Part shown: one piece after another, positions 24,583 through 37,244 of the stretch
Position numbering within the stretch: the stretch's first letter is position 1
Layout of the letters: each line of letters begins with the position of its first letter
Source: Euprymna scolopes
Lineage: Eukaryota
Reading direction: 5' to 3' (one strand)
Assembly: GCA_053919585.1 (NCBI GenBank)
Contig: CM132786.1
DNA length: 64,000 nucleotides
The notes under the pieces: model-generated
Databases searched by the model: none
Seen by the model: only the letters and a program-made list of their open reading frames with translations
Told to the model about the DNA's origin: nothing
Translations under genes and position numbers: made by a program

Positions 24583-24779
24583 GTTTACCTTATTTCAATT
24601 TTACTCATTGTAATTACCCCCTTTCTTATTGACATGATAATGTAATAAACTTCTAATCCAACATTATTATCTCCCTATCTTTTCATATACTTGTCCATCT
24701 TAATCCGGTAGAACTTCATCTATTCAGACAGGTTAGCTCTTTCTTTTCGAAGACAATCTATTTTTTATATGTAATCTTT

Positions 24780-24816
<37 letters not shown>

Positions 24817-24864
24817 TATGCTTTATTACCTTATGTGCTTTTATATAGTGATGTTGTCCTCAGT

Positions 24865-24912
<48 letters not shown>

Positions 24913-24968
24913 AATTCAATTGAGGTTTTAGGATCGATGCTAATGTAAAAACATAATTTAAGCCCAAA

Positions 24969-25480
24969 CTAGCAAGGCCACCCGGCGTTGCTCTGGATCG
25001 TATCAGAAAATGGGAAAAAACTTTGAATATACCTGTTACTCTTAGAATAGAGGAAGTTTTTATATCTATGTATCATTTGGCATCTTGTTTGAATGCGGAT
25101 ATCAACGCGTTTAAGCCATGTTTAATGGATACAGGATTCCTACTGTATTAACACATCCTAGATAATAATGTTATCTCGATCTTAACTCGATTAAAGAAAA
25201 AATAAAAATACAACCTATCTTTCCTTCTTTGTCACATTTACTGGGCATCTAGAGTGACAACGCGGAATAATTTTTTATTTCGTCACCCTCGTCTTAAGCA
25301 ATGAATGCACCGACTCAGATGGGAATATGATATAAAATATTAACGCAAAATGATATGAACCCACAGATCTGAAAATAGAAACAAAAAAGGTAACCGATTA
25401 AGGTGTGTAATTATCGTAAGGAAATTGTCGTTGACAGAACTCGGATACGAGTATATATTTTGCTCATTGACACTTCCTGC
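24969..25480 (-). mobile_element. Non-autonomous Helitron (5' boundary uncertain)
   Basis: A|CTAGCAAGGCCACCCGGCGTTGCTCTGG terminal hairpin. Confidence 0.55.
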
Positions 25481-25499
25481 GGTACGAACCAAGTCCTAT

Positions 25500-26010
25500 T
25501 TGTGCACAGAAAAAAAGCCTGTCACAGCCGCCAGAAAGGATACTAGGAGAGTTCACAGGTTGTTAACGTCCAGCTTTCTTTGGGCTCTTTTTGTTTCTTA
25601 TTTTTTTCTGTTGTTTTCAAAGATTTCTGTGTTTTCATATATTTTTCTTCTCCGACTTTCCCTGTTGACCGCATTTACTTCCCAGTTGGTTGTGTCAATT
25701 TTGGTCGCCGTAACAGTATATTTAAGCTGATCTTTAAAACGGCGTTTTCGTGTGCCACAGGGTCTGGTTCCAATGGCAACTTCTGAATAAAGAACTTGCT
25801 TATGTAGGCGGTTGTCAGACATTCGGGCAAGGTGTCCAGCCCAGCGTAGATGGTGTCTTATTATTGTGGTTTCTATGCTTTCCATTTCGTGATTAAACCT
25901 TGCCACTTCATGCGTAACGTATCGCGCAGTTTTGCTTGGTAAAAATGTTCCAACTTTTTCAGGTCTCTTCTTTAGCGTACTCAGTTCTTACAGGCATACA
26001 CCAGCTTTGT
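25500..26010 (-). mobile_element. RTE (BovB-like) LINE ORF C-terminal remnant
   Basis: SIETTIIRHHLRWAGHLARMSDNRLHKQVLYSEVAIGTRPCGTRKRRFKDQLK. Confidence 0.9.
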
Positions 26011-26378
26011 GAAAATCACACTCAAGGTGAGAACAGTAGTCTGATGAATCCAAATAATATCCGCTCTGATTCTGCTATCAATGTCTTTCTCAGCCGTAGC
26101 ATTTGATTGATTGAATGCTGCCGAGATAAACAAAGAAATAGAAAAGTATAAAAGACAAAGAATAAAATCGCTGTTAGCGACTAAAAGCTCTCTCGCAGCA
26201 ATAACTTTTTGTCATCGACGTGCCCAGTCATATTCTCTCATGTCAAATCCTACGGTGTTGGTTGATGTTGCTACGTCAAATTTTGGCCACTTACATGGTA
26301 TGCTAGTTAATAAAGTTCATTCTACCGAAAAAAACTAGACTGATTACAGCGTACTCGTAGATTCAGCAGTCTCTTTTA

Positions 26379-26790
26379 GTCTCTAATTTTTGAGCGAGAG
26401 ATACAGTCCTGGATCTCATTGAGGGAGTAGCGTATGTGGAAAAGGAAATGTAATTCAGAGCATTAACAACACAGTAATATATCTAGTTCAATTTAAATAT
26501 AATACATACAGAGTGACCAAAAAAAAAAGCTAGATGGGGGGGGCATCTAGAACATATGCTGTAGAACGGAGAAAAAAAGGCCAAAAACCCTAGTGTTTTG
26601 ATGTGATGTTTTGAATAAACAAGTTATGACCAAGGTTTCATTTGATTCGGACAAAATACTAAGAAACGGGGCCTAATTAGAGTTGTGGCCCGTTTTTGAG
26701 GCGGAGAGTCACCCTGTATATCTCCTTGACACTCATATTTAAGAAACACAATGTTTTTGTGGAGTGGAGCTCAGCGGGCTATTCGATTTA
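26379..26790. repeat. Repeat inverted relative to 28805-29005 and interrupted by MITE 26509-26716
   Basis: About 200 bp of reverse-complement match; the 28805 copy shows the empty TA site. Confidence 0.8.
26509..26716. mobile_element. Tc1/mariner MITE (partial second copy 27848-27998)
   Basis: TA|CAGAGTGAC...GTCACCCTG|TA; empty site in the paralogue. Confidence 0.75.
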
Positions 26791-26889
26791 CATACTGCAC
26801 ATTCAGGTTCTCCGTTTATTCTATCAATTATTTTACATTAAATCATATACTTAATTAATTGTTACCATAGAGCTCTAATAATTTTTAAA

Positions 26890-27570
26890 TCTTTATCTTT
26901 ACTTATACATAAAAGGCAATTTATATGTGCGTGTGTTGGTTCGCTACGGATGTCAAAACGGCTGAAATTTCACACAATAGTACTTTATGCATCTGGGAGT
27001 GTTCTTACATTTTTTATCGGCATGCTTCCGATAAGTGTTGAAAATCGATAATCAAAAAAATCCGATAAAAGAAATGACATTCCGATTATAACCAAAGTTA
27101 ACACTTTATATAGCCTAACATCACAAGTTCATTTGAGAGGTTTTATCACCGCACAAGTAGAATCACCCGGCGTTCAAAATCAAAAGTAGGATCTTTGATA
27201 TGACAGGGAGGATGTTCGAAATGGATATTTTAGTTTAGAGCGCAGTCTAACAACGATACTTGACTCTTGCATTTTAAACTTTAATTCGTCATTATTTAAA
27301 AACAATTTCAATAGGTTCTCTACAGTGCAATGTTGACTACAATATATTGTGGGCTACGTCACTGCGAGGAGGCATGTGAAGCTTTCTCCCCGTGCATCGC
27401 GACTAGAGCAGCAACCAATCAATTTGATTGACGAATAGGTGTTTTCACCGATTTCCATGATTAAAGTATTGGAAGTATGGAAATATTGTGTTACTTTCAG
27501 ACATGACAAAAAAGCCCCTATCGATCTAGGGATTTGAACACAACTTGTTAAATAATAGATGGCCTGCAAC
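26890..27570 (+). mobile_element. Non-autonomous Helitron, 3' end not seen
   Basis: A|TCTTTATCTTTACTTATACATAAAAG 5' end; body matches 55020-55560. Confidence 0.65.
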
Positions 27571-27999
27571 AAAAAAAAAATCGGTTTTCATCAAACGGAA
27601 ATATCGTCTTTTCTAGGGCGACATTTTTATCGTTCTATCCTTTATATACGCTGAATAACCATTTTTTATCATAATTTAATAAAAAGCGAAAACGCCAGCT
27701 TACCGGTTTCGTTCCTCACTCAACAGAGCAAAATCAAAGAATGATATCGATTAAAAAACGAAATGGAAATATGGAAGGGGACACAAGAAAATTGAGGGGG
27801 AAAAATAAGTGGAAAAAAATCAGATAGAAAACACAAAAAAAAACAAAAGCTAAATGGAGGCCATCTAGAACATATGCTGTAGAATGGGGGGAAAAGAGCA
27901 AAGACCCTAGTGTTTTGATGTGATGTTTTGAATATAATAAACTAGTTGATCAAAGTTTCGTTTCATTTAGACAAAACACTAAGAAACGGGGCTTAATTA

Positions 28000-28260
28000 A
28001 TCACGTTGACACATCGCTTCTCGTCAGATAATTTAAGCAAATTTCAGCCTAGGTAGTACCAGATAACTGACCATTTGGGAATTCTAGACGCTGTATGTGT
28101 TCTCCGCTTATCTATGCATTGTTTCCAGTCGTCCTTATTCTCCACTTGCGACTGGTATTTAACAATGTCGATTCAGTAGACGTGTAATTTGATTTGAGAT
28201 TGTGCAACCTTCGCCAAAAGAATTCCACACGTATGGGCCCTTACAGTGGGTATCCATAGT
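28000..28260 (+). mobile_element. 5S rRNA-derived SINE copy
   Basis: ATCACGTTGACACATCGCTTCTCGTCAGAT..TTAAGCAA..GCCTAGGTAGTACCAGAT..TGACCATTTGGGAATTC, followed by the shared body. Confidence 0.7.
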
Positions 28261-28264
28261 CTGT

Positions 28265-28310
<46 letters not shown>

Positions 28311-29828
28311 TTCAAGCACGACAGTGTTTGAATATATGGTTAAGCGGCAGTTTTAGTCATTTAGAACTGCTTTAAAGTTTCACCGCTCACTCATTTTTTG
28401 ACCAAATTTCAAGTAATTATTAATTTATAGATCACCTTCTTAGCTATATTGTGAAAAACAAAATTTGTTCAATTGTCGTTCATAAAAAAAACTTATGAAT
28501 TTTCTGGTGCTCAAAACCATAAAAATATGTAAGGAAGTGAGCGACGTTTTTTATGACTGGTTTCCTTTCTAGCTACACAGCATGTGATTGTTTTAACCCT
28601 GGGCGATTCAAGAAAAATCTTCTTTTTTTTTAACAGGTAAATTGATGGCTTAAAGATAGTTACACTCAATAACTTTCTTGCTGTTCTAGAATGCCATGAA
28701 AAAAATTGGAAACAATTCCTTCGGATGTTATCGTTCATTTCTTTATGTGAATAGATTTTTTTCCCCAATATTTAACATGTTTAAGCCAATGTCAGTTTTA
28801 CAATTCATATAGCCGGCTGAGCTCCACTCAACAAAAACATTGTGTTTTTTTAAATATTAGTTTCAAGGAGATATATGTATTATATTTAAATTGAACTAGA
28901 TATATTACTGTGTTGTTAATACTCTGAATTGCCTTTCCTTTTCCACATACCCTACTCCCTCAATGAGATCCAGGACGGTATCTCTCGCTCAAAAATTAGA
29001 GACTTAACACGGCTGCTCATGTTCACTGTTTAGCAAGTAAAGTGTACAATAGTACCGGTGTCAACCTCATTTTATCACGTTGTTTTTTAAGTGAATAAAA
29101 CATCTTGTCGTACATAATATATTTTCAGTTTATTTAAACGATTACTGGCAACCACATAAATACAATGAAAGGAATGCATGGCGGTAGTTAAGCGGGTTCA
29201 CGGCCTATGAGTGCCAAGTCCGAATCCACTTGTTTTTTATTGTAACAAATTCTATTAGAAATGATCGCTTCTTTTCATGTGGTGTTTCCTGAAAAAGAAT
29301 AAAGCCGAATATGCTGAGTCATATGAATTTATTTTATTAGCTAAATGGCAAGGTGTGCTTGATCTTATCGAGTTGTAACATACATTAAATGCGTGCAGAT
29401 TTCGTATTTATTATTAGAGCTAATTCTTTATTAAATATTACCTAATACATATGACTGATTTTAGAAATTAAAAAGAAGATGACTTGAGGGCTATCAGCTA
29501 GAATCGAAACCAAAACTGCGTCTCCTACCGGTGTAGCTATGTCTGTAGAAAGATAAGTAAAAAATATTTAATATTAAACTGAATTGAATGTGGGCTGCGC
29601 AGAAAAAACTAAACTATTTCAGCAAGTTGAAATGAACAGTTCGCATTTCAACTTTTATTTCTTAGTATATTTGGGCAGCATTTTTTCTTTTATGCATGTT
29701 TTGATAAACAGCAGGGATTATCACTGTTAGTTTTTTTGTTTGGTTTTTTTTTTTTGCAATCCATGTTTTCCTTTTAGCAGACCAATGTTCGAACGTTATG
29801 TTCGAGTGTAAAAAGAAAGTTTCCATAG

Positions 29829-29868
29829 TCGAGAACGTTTTCGACTTCCATGCGTCATCTTCAGGCGA
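29829..29868 (-). ncRNA. Minimal type I hammerhead ribozyme
   Basis: TCGc-CTGAAGA-t-GAC(gcatggaa)GTC-GAAA-ACGT-TC-tCGA; palindromic AACGTT stem III. Confidence 0.6.
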
Positions 29869-30379
29869 GTGATGATGTTAAAATTGCCTTTTGTGTATTT
29901 ATTATATATATTTATTCATATAGAATATGAAATAAGAAATGGACTCATAATATGCTAGTTGCTAGATACTGGTGATATATGACTTATGCTATAACGAGTG
30001 GCTAATTTTCTAACCGTATATGAATACGTGACCACATGTTGAAGGTCAGGGTTTCCGGAAAGAAAGTAATAAATATAAGAATAGGAGCCACAACAATCTA
30101 AATAATAAAATTTCACAATTTTTATGTAAATAAATATTTAATCAGAGTTAGTATTGATATAACTAAAAAGGAAAATAATTATTTTTTTCACGTTAAGCAG
30201 AATGTGTTATTCCAAATTTCGACTCACTCTATGAAAGACTGAAACGCAACATCCTAAAGATGTCACTATTTATCTGAGGGAAACATCAAGAACAGCATGA
30301 TTTCATCAGCAACGAATACTGTCCTTCTACTGTAAACACTAATAAATAGAACAGAGCACGAAAAGCTGGGTTTTATTAT

Positions 30380-30953
30380 TGGCTCACAAGGAGCTTTCAC
30401 ACAGGCCATCAAAGATCTCTCCTTGGAAACAGCCTGTGGTATTCCCTGGAAGCTGAGTGGCAACAATTCTCCCCGGGTTTCCAGTACTCTCTACCTCTTT
30501 CGATAACATTTGCAAATAAATTTGCATTATCACAACAGCTGCTTGCCATTGATTTCTCATTGGCAGTGGCTATTGGTCGTCACTGGCAATTTGACTTGTA
30601 AGTTGTAAGTTCCTCGGTCATTCCTTCCTCCTTGACTCTACTTGGTTATTTGGTTTCACTCTTTTGGGGGCGGGGCAGTAGTGTGGCAATGGCAGGATGG
30701 AGTGGGGTTAGAGAACTTATAGATATGCGGCTTCAATATTATTGGTTCCAGGTAGTGTTCCATGTTTTGCCTTTGCAGCAGTTTGTCTGGCCCACGCTTG
30801 TTGCTCCTGTATGTTAGTCTCCACATTCAAGGGATTTTCTTAATGTTTCAGTTGTTTTCATGATTGTTGTTCGTTGTATTTTTCCAGTCATTATTTTGAT
30901 TTCAATTTTTCTCATTCTTTTTTCAAAGTTTTACGGGATTTTCCTAGTGCTTC
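30380..30953 (-). mobile_element. 5'-truncated R4/Dong-like LINE in a (TAA)n tract
   Basis: Minus strand, frameshifted: ALGK..(EK)RMRKIEIKIMTGKIQRTTIMKTTETLRKSLEC (RLE C-terminus), then 3' UTR ending GTGAGCC-AATAAT. Confidence 0.65.
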
Positions 30954-31010
<57 letters not shown>

Positions 31011-31081
31011 CAACATTATCATGAGTATTATCATTATTATTATCATTTTTATTATCATATTTATTATCATTATTATTATTT

Positions 31082-31112
<31 letters not shown>

Positions 31113-31271
31113 TATTGGCTCACAAGGAGCTTTCACACAGGTCATAAAGGATCTCTCCTTGAAAATAGCCTGTGATATTCTCTGAGTGACAGCAACTCTC
31201 CCCAGTTTTCCAGTGCTCTCCACCTCTTCTGATAACATTTGCAAAGCGATTTGCATTATAGCAACAGCCGC

Positions 31272-31327
<56 letters not shown>

Positions 31328-31385
31328 GCATTATTATTATTATTATTATGAATAATAATTATATTATTATTATGAATAATAATTA

Positions 31386-31450
<65 letters not shown>
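30954..31450. repeat. (ATT)n microsatellite containing a second Dong-like 3' UTR (31117-31272)
   Basis: Direct reading; 31117-31272 duplicates 30380-30540. Confidence 0.9.
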
Positions 31451-31452
<2 letters not shown>

Positions 31453-32188
31453 GAGTAATGCGTTCTGTTATATGTACTCGCCTGACGAAAAGATCACATA
31501 AACAAATGATACGAGCAGAAAATGGAGGCTATCGATATAAAAGATAACAGAAATGTCACCCGGTAGGATACCAAACAGGCAACGTGGATCTAGTTATTAT
31601 AAACAATAGAAGACGTGAGAACAGAGTATATTTCGTGACGAGAGCCAATGGCAAGTTGTAATACAACAAGGAATTATGAACACATGTATATATTGCCAAA
31701 ATTGCCTGAAACTAATGCATCAAAGGAATATGCTGATGAAGGTCAGGTTTAAAACACAAATACTCAAAGTATGAGGCACCCTATCACCATTAATTTACAT
31801 CACAAGAGAGTCTCCAGAGAGCTGCATAGAGGAAAAATATATTAGATGTTGAGATTAGTTCTAAAAGTCAAGTTTTTTGTAAAGTATATACTTTGAGTTT
31901 AGGAAGAACGCCGTTGTGCTTCTCAACTACGTAATATATAGAAATTTAGACTGTCAGCAATTGAGGAGGAGTGTTAAAAATATCAATTTCTAACAGTCTA
32001 AGAGTTATCTGCTCTTTTTCTAAGAAAATTATGTATGGATTATCTCCCTTTGTATGCCCTTTCAATGTAAAAAAAAGAACGTCTCGTGCTTTTTTTACTT
32101 AAAAAATCCATGTTTCTGGTTATTTTTTTACTATGGAGTATAAAGATTGAAGCCAGCGAGTTTAGGAAGAACGCGGTTGTGCAGATTG

Positions 32189-32264
<76 letters not shown>

Positions 32265-32266
32265 TA

Positions 32267-33901
32267 CAGTGCCGGCAAAAAAAAGTCCGCACTTGTAATT
32301 TTTTCAAAAACTGCAAATTTAAGCTAAATTAAATGTAACTGTTAAAACAACATATACCTCATTTTATTCGCATTTTATTCCTCTATAATTTTACCTGTTC
32401 ATATTTGACTTTTAATTGTAATATTCTAGTATTTACGTCAATTTAAAAAATAACTTCAACTTGAGGAGGCAAAAAAAATCCCGCAGAAACAAATTCTCGT
32501 AAACCACCTTAATTTATCGCCCCTAAATCAGTTTAAAATATCCACCAACAGGCAACAAAGCATCTCTAATCGTAATTGTTGTTGTTCCAGATTATACAAC
32601 GTAATATTTAGTCCATATGGCACGACTTACTCTTAGCGATCGTCAGGTGCTGATTAATCTCCAACTTTCTGGTTTATGCAATCGAGAAATCGGCCACAGA
32701 TTGAAATGTGATGAGAAAATGGTACGAAACACTACGCAAAAAGCACCAAAACACCGGTAGTGTTCGTGATATGCCTAAATCTGGTCGTACTAGAATTACT
32801 TCTAACAGGGAAGACAATAATATCAAGATCCGCAGCCTAAGATACAGACTTAAAACGGCTTTCCAAATCCAACAACAGCGCAATCTTTTTAAAAAGCGCA
32901 CTCTTTCTACTGTCAAGAACAAATTAAAGGAATTTAATTTGCGAGGATATGTTGCAAGACGCAAGCCAATGATTTCTGTAAAGAACAGAAAGCGCCGTTT
33001 GGACTTCGTCAGGTGCAATGAAGATCATGAATCTTCATATAAGTCAAAAGTGTTTTTAGCGACGAAAGCAAGTTCAATAGGCAAGGCAATTATGTTAGGC
33101 AGGACGTCCGTTGGAGAAAAGACGAAGAATTTAATCCTAGTTTCTCAGTTTCAACGCTGCAAGGTGATGGAGATTCAGTTTTGGTGTGGGGCATTATTAG
33201 TACCAATGGTCCAGGACCTATAGTTCGCTTGCATGGTCGAATTAATATATTGACTGAGCATTTTCTACCCTACTTTGGTCGGAATTTGGAATAATCCCAT
33301 CTTCATGCAGGATAATGCTCCCATTATCACAGCTGGCAATGTCAAGAGGTTCCTGGAGGAGCATGGTCTTCCGTGTTTGGATTATCCTGCACAATCTCCA
33401 GACCTCAATCCTCTCGAAAATGTATGGCTTTACATCAAGCAACAGCTACGCAATGATAAAATTTAAAATTTGGAAGAACTTGGAACAAAAATTAAAGAAG
33501 AGTGGGATACCATTTCCCCGAAGTATTGCTGAAGTCTAATTCAAGGAATTCCCAAAAGATTGCAGGCTGTCAAATTGCAGAAGACCTATGCTACTAAATA
33601 TTAACTAGTTCACTGTGTTCCTGTTGTATTTGTGTTGCATTAATGTCCTAAAGTTACATTTAAATAACAATTTTCTCATTGTGCGGACTTTCTTTTTGCC
33701 TCCTCAATTTGAAGTTATTTTTTTAAATTGACGTGAACACTAGAATATTTCAATTAAAAGTCAAATATGAACAGGTAAAATTATAGAAGAATAAAAGGCG
33801 AATCAAATGAGGTATAGTTTGTTTTAACAATTACATTAAATTTAGCTTAAATTTGAGGTTTTAAGAAAGTAAAAGTGCGGACTTTCTTTTTGCCGCCTGT
33901 G
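32267..33901 (+). mobile_element. Tc1 (DD34E) element with ~220-bp IR/DR TIRs
   Basis: TA|CAGTGCCGGCAAAAAAAAGTCCGCAC; inner DR near 32465-32487; matching right TIR 33682-33901; TA flanks. Confidence 0.95.
32617..33604 (+). pseudogene. Tc1 transposase, frameshifted
   Basis: MARLTLSDRQ.., PKSGRTRIT, VARRKPMIS, FSDESKF, FMQDNAP-(34)-SPDLNPLENVW, ATKY*. Confidence 0.95.
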
Positions 33902-33919
33902 TATATATCTATATATATA

Positions 33920-35678
33920 CAGCAATGCGCAAAGTATTCGATACATTACATTTTTCTTCATAATTCTAATTAGGGTTCAAAATTTACCTAAAATTTGGTC
34001 AGTATATTCCTATTACTATTCTAATTTATATTTGGAGTAGTAATTACAAAATCAAAGCTTAGAAAGTTTATATTTAAGGAAAAATATAAATTAACAGACG
34101 CAAAAGTATTGGATACATGGTTTTAAATCTCTAAAATAATTTTAGATGACTTTTGCTGTTCATGTTGTAATAATGCGAGTGAGTTATCATTGACCAATCA
34201 GAGAGCTTTATATTAAAATAGTTTTCATTAACTTTTTTCAGTTTACGTTTACCTGCTTCAAAGTCAACCAGTTCATTTATAAAAATGCCTTAAACTAAAG
34301 AGTGTTCATTAGATATTCGTCAAAAAATCATTCGTAAGCACAAAGAAGGAAATGGGTATAGAGGAATATCAAGGAAACTTAATCTACCACTTAGTACAGT
34401 TAGAGACATAATTAGAAGGTTTTAAAATGTTGGTGAAGCTGTTGCAAATTTTCCAAGATGTGGCCGACCAAGAAAATTAAACGAAAAATAAATCAAGGCG
34501 GGTAAATAAGGTAAATTTTATAGGTTTTGTTTCAAGATCTCCGAGAACAGTTCCATTGTTGAACATATCATATCACGTTTAAATTATGTTAAAACATATA
34601 TGGAGAAATCACAAGAATTTAGAACAAAGAAATCTGGTCAGACGAAATGAAAATCGAAATCTTTGGAAGAAACACAGTAACACAGGTATGGCGGTAAAAT
34701 GGCACCGCCTACAATAAAAAGAATACAATTCCTACAGTGAAGTTTGGCGATAGTTCCGTAATGGTAAAGGGGTGTTTTTCATCCAACGGTACTGCTGCAT
34801 TAGAAATCATCAATTGTAGAACGAACGGGGGAAACCTTCCTCCGGAAATCTGCTGATTTATTGGGACATATAATATTTCGTGTTTCAGGGCGACAATGAT
34901 CTCAAACATACTGCCAAACGAACCAAAAAATGTTTTTAAAATAACAAAATGGACGTTCTTAAAAATGTTTTAAAAATAACAAAATGGACGTTCTTATTTG
35001 GCCCAGTCAGTCTACAGACCTCAACACAATCGAAAATTTGTGGAAAATGTTGAAGATCAATATTCACAACAGGAATCCACAATATATTCAATAACAAGAA
35101 GAGTTCAGCAAAAAAGAATGGCGCAAAATACCTGCAAATCTTTGAAAAGAAACATGTATGCAACTATGGAAAATGATTAGACGCTGTGAACGCAACAATG
35201 GCTATGCAACTAAATATCAAATCAATGTATCCATGACTTTAGTTTTTGTTAATTTTTATTTTCCCTAACATATTGTTGGAGACGCCTCTCCATGAGATTT
35301 ATTGACTATCTCATGATGTCACTTCCTATGGTGACGCCACTTCCGGTAACGAGTATCGGTGCTCGGCAGTCAGAGATTCGCACGCGGCTAAGCAGGTCGT
35401 GTGCAAACGCCCAACAGTTGAGCAATGGTATTGCTGAACCCGCCTTGCATGTAATATATGTGAATACATGTTTGTTTCTAAAAGTCCTGTGTTCTTTTCG
35501 TTTTATTACCATTTAACACCATAACACATACAAACTTTCTAAACTTTGATTTTGTAATTACTACCCCAAATATAAGTTAGAATAGTAATAGCAATATACT
35601 GACCAAATTTTAAGTAAAATTTTGACCGCTAATTAGAGTTATGAAGAAAAATGTAATGTATCCAATACTTTTGTGTGG

Positions 35679-35683
<5 letters not shown>
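33920..35683 (+). mobile_element. Second Tc1 element with IR/DR TIRs, transposase decayed (34285-35217)
   Basis: DR CAAAGTATT(C/G)GATACAT occurs twice per TIR; MP*TKECSLDIRQKII.., PTVKFGDSSVMV, GDNDLKH, WPSQSTDLNTIENLW. Confidence 0.9.
35274..35526 (+). mobile_element. Solo LTR inserted in the right TIR of the second Tc1
   Basis: TGTTG...TAACA ends; flanks CATAT / CATAC; the TIR resumes on both sides. Confidence 0.8.
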
Positions 35684-35728
<45 letters not shown>

Positions 35729-36062
35729 CCATACTCCTATAAATTTGTTTTTTAGTGTATTGATATTCATATTAAAAACTGTTTTATCTATTTATTTAAA
35801 AAGAAAATACAACTTTACTATATATGGGTCGTGGAATTACATTAACTTTCAAAAGAATTAGCTTATTTGCATATTATTTAAAGCATTCATTTTTATTAAT
35901 TACTTATTAATTTTTCGGTTTTCCTATAGATGGATCATCTTTAGTTAACTATTGCGTGTAATTATATTCATACATATACTATACATGATTTATACTTGTG
36001 TAATATTTACGCAAAAAGGTTATAGTATGCACAAATTTATTTCTATATATATTTATGTACGC

Positions 36063-36128
<66 letters not shown>

Positions 36129-36836
36129 GGGAGATTAAATTTTTTCATTGAGAATTATGGTTGGATCATTGTAATGATAATTATTTTTAAAAACATTATT
36201 ACAATGATCCAAACATAATTCTCAATGAAAAACCAAGACACGGAATAATAAAATAATGTTAAAAAATACACATTGTTGGTGACTACTCCTTTATTTAAGT
36301 ATACATCTTTCTTTCGTTGGAATTTCTTAACACATTTTATATAAATATATATATATATATATATCATAATTCAGGTATTAAAATTTTATTATTTGAAAAG
36401 GTATATATTCAAATACAGAAATTTTATTGCTTGCAAACAAAGAATACAGTATTTATAAATATATTTCCTTAACCCATGAGTGTTCGATATTTATTCATCT
36501 TCTCAGAGGGAAAATATTAGCAAATAATAGAAATGGTTTGCACCTTATTTGCTAAAAACAATAAATATAGAAAATTAAAAGTTTTTAAATCATTTTAGCT
36601 ACATAGGATAAGTGAAATTAGATATTGAGTCAGAAAAAAGGATAATGAACTCCAAATGCAAGACGCATGCTAAATCCTGAAATGGAAGTTCTTGGTAGTA
36701 GGGAGGTAAAAAGATCCAACGCGTATTTTAATTCTTCCAAGGCACCAGGTAACAATCCCATGTAAACATATTTCCTTAAGATCGATAATCTCTTGATTTG
36801 CATACCAGTAAATATATAGCATTTCATTATTCGGAA

Positions 36837-36899
<63 letters not shown>

Positions 36900-36909
36900 A
36901 CAGTAATTA

Positions 36910-37140
36910 TTAAATACGTACAGACAGAAGTGTTTCATCCTTTCAGGAATCATCATTGCAGGGCGTCACGATTAACAATAGTCGATAGATTCGAACCCGG
37001 CATTAAGAGCCATCTCTGGCTTCATTCGCAAGGACCTAATATATTCGGTTACTGTTAACCGCGAGAAATAGTGTTGACATTTAAAACATTTATTTGTTAA
37101 TGTTTTTTAACGTCTGACAGAGTGATCTAATCATTACATG
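36910..37140 (-). mobile_element. tRNA-head + hammerhead repeat, copy with mutated core
   Basis: Homologous to 48240-48425; core reads ATGATGA instead of CTGATGA; B-box GGGTTCGAATC. Confidence 0.65.
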
Positions 37141-37196
37141 TTGATCTGAGCATAAAAGCAAAATTGACCGATCTTTTATTTAAACTAAAAGTTCTC

Positions 37197-37244
<48 letters not shown>

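Noticed and set aside
30874-31458. Poly-Ile ORFs, and the IYIYIY / poly-Leu ORFs elsewhere
   Set aside because: Translations of (ATT)n and (TA)n microsatellites.
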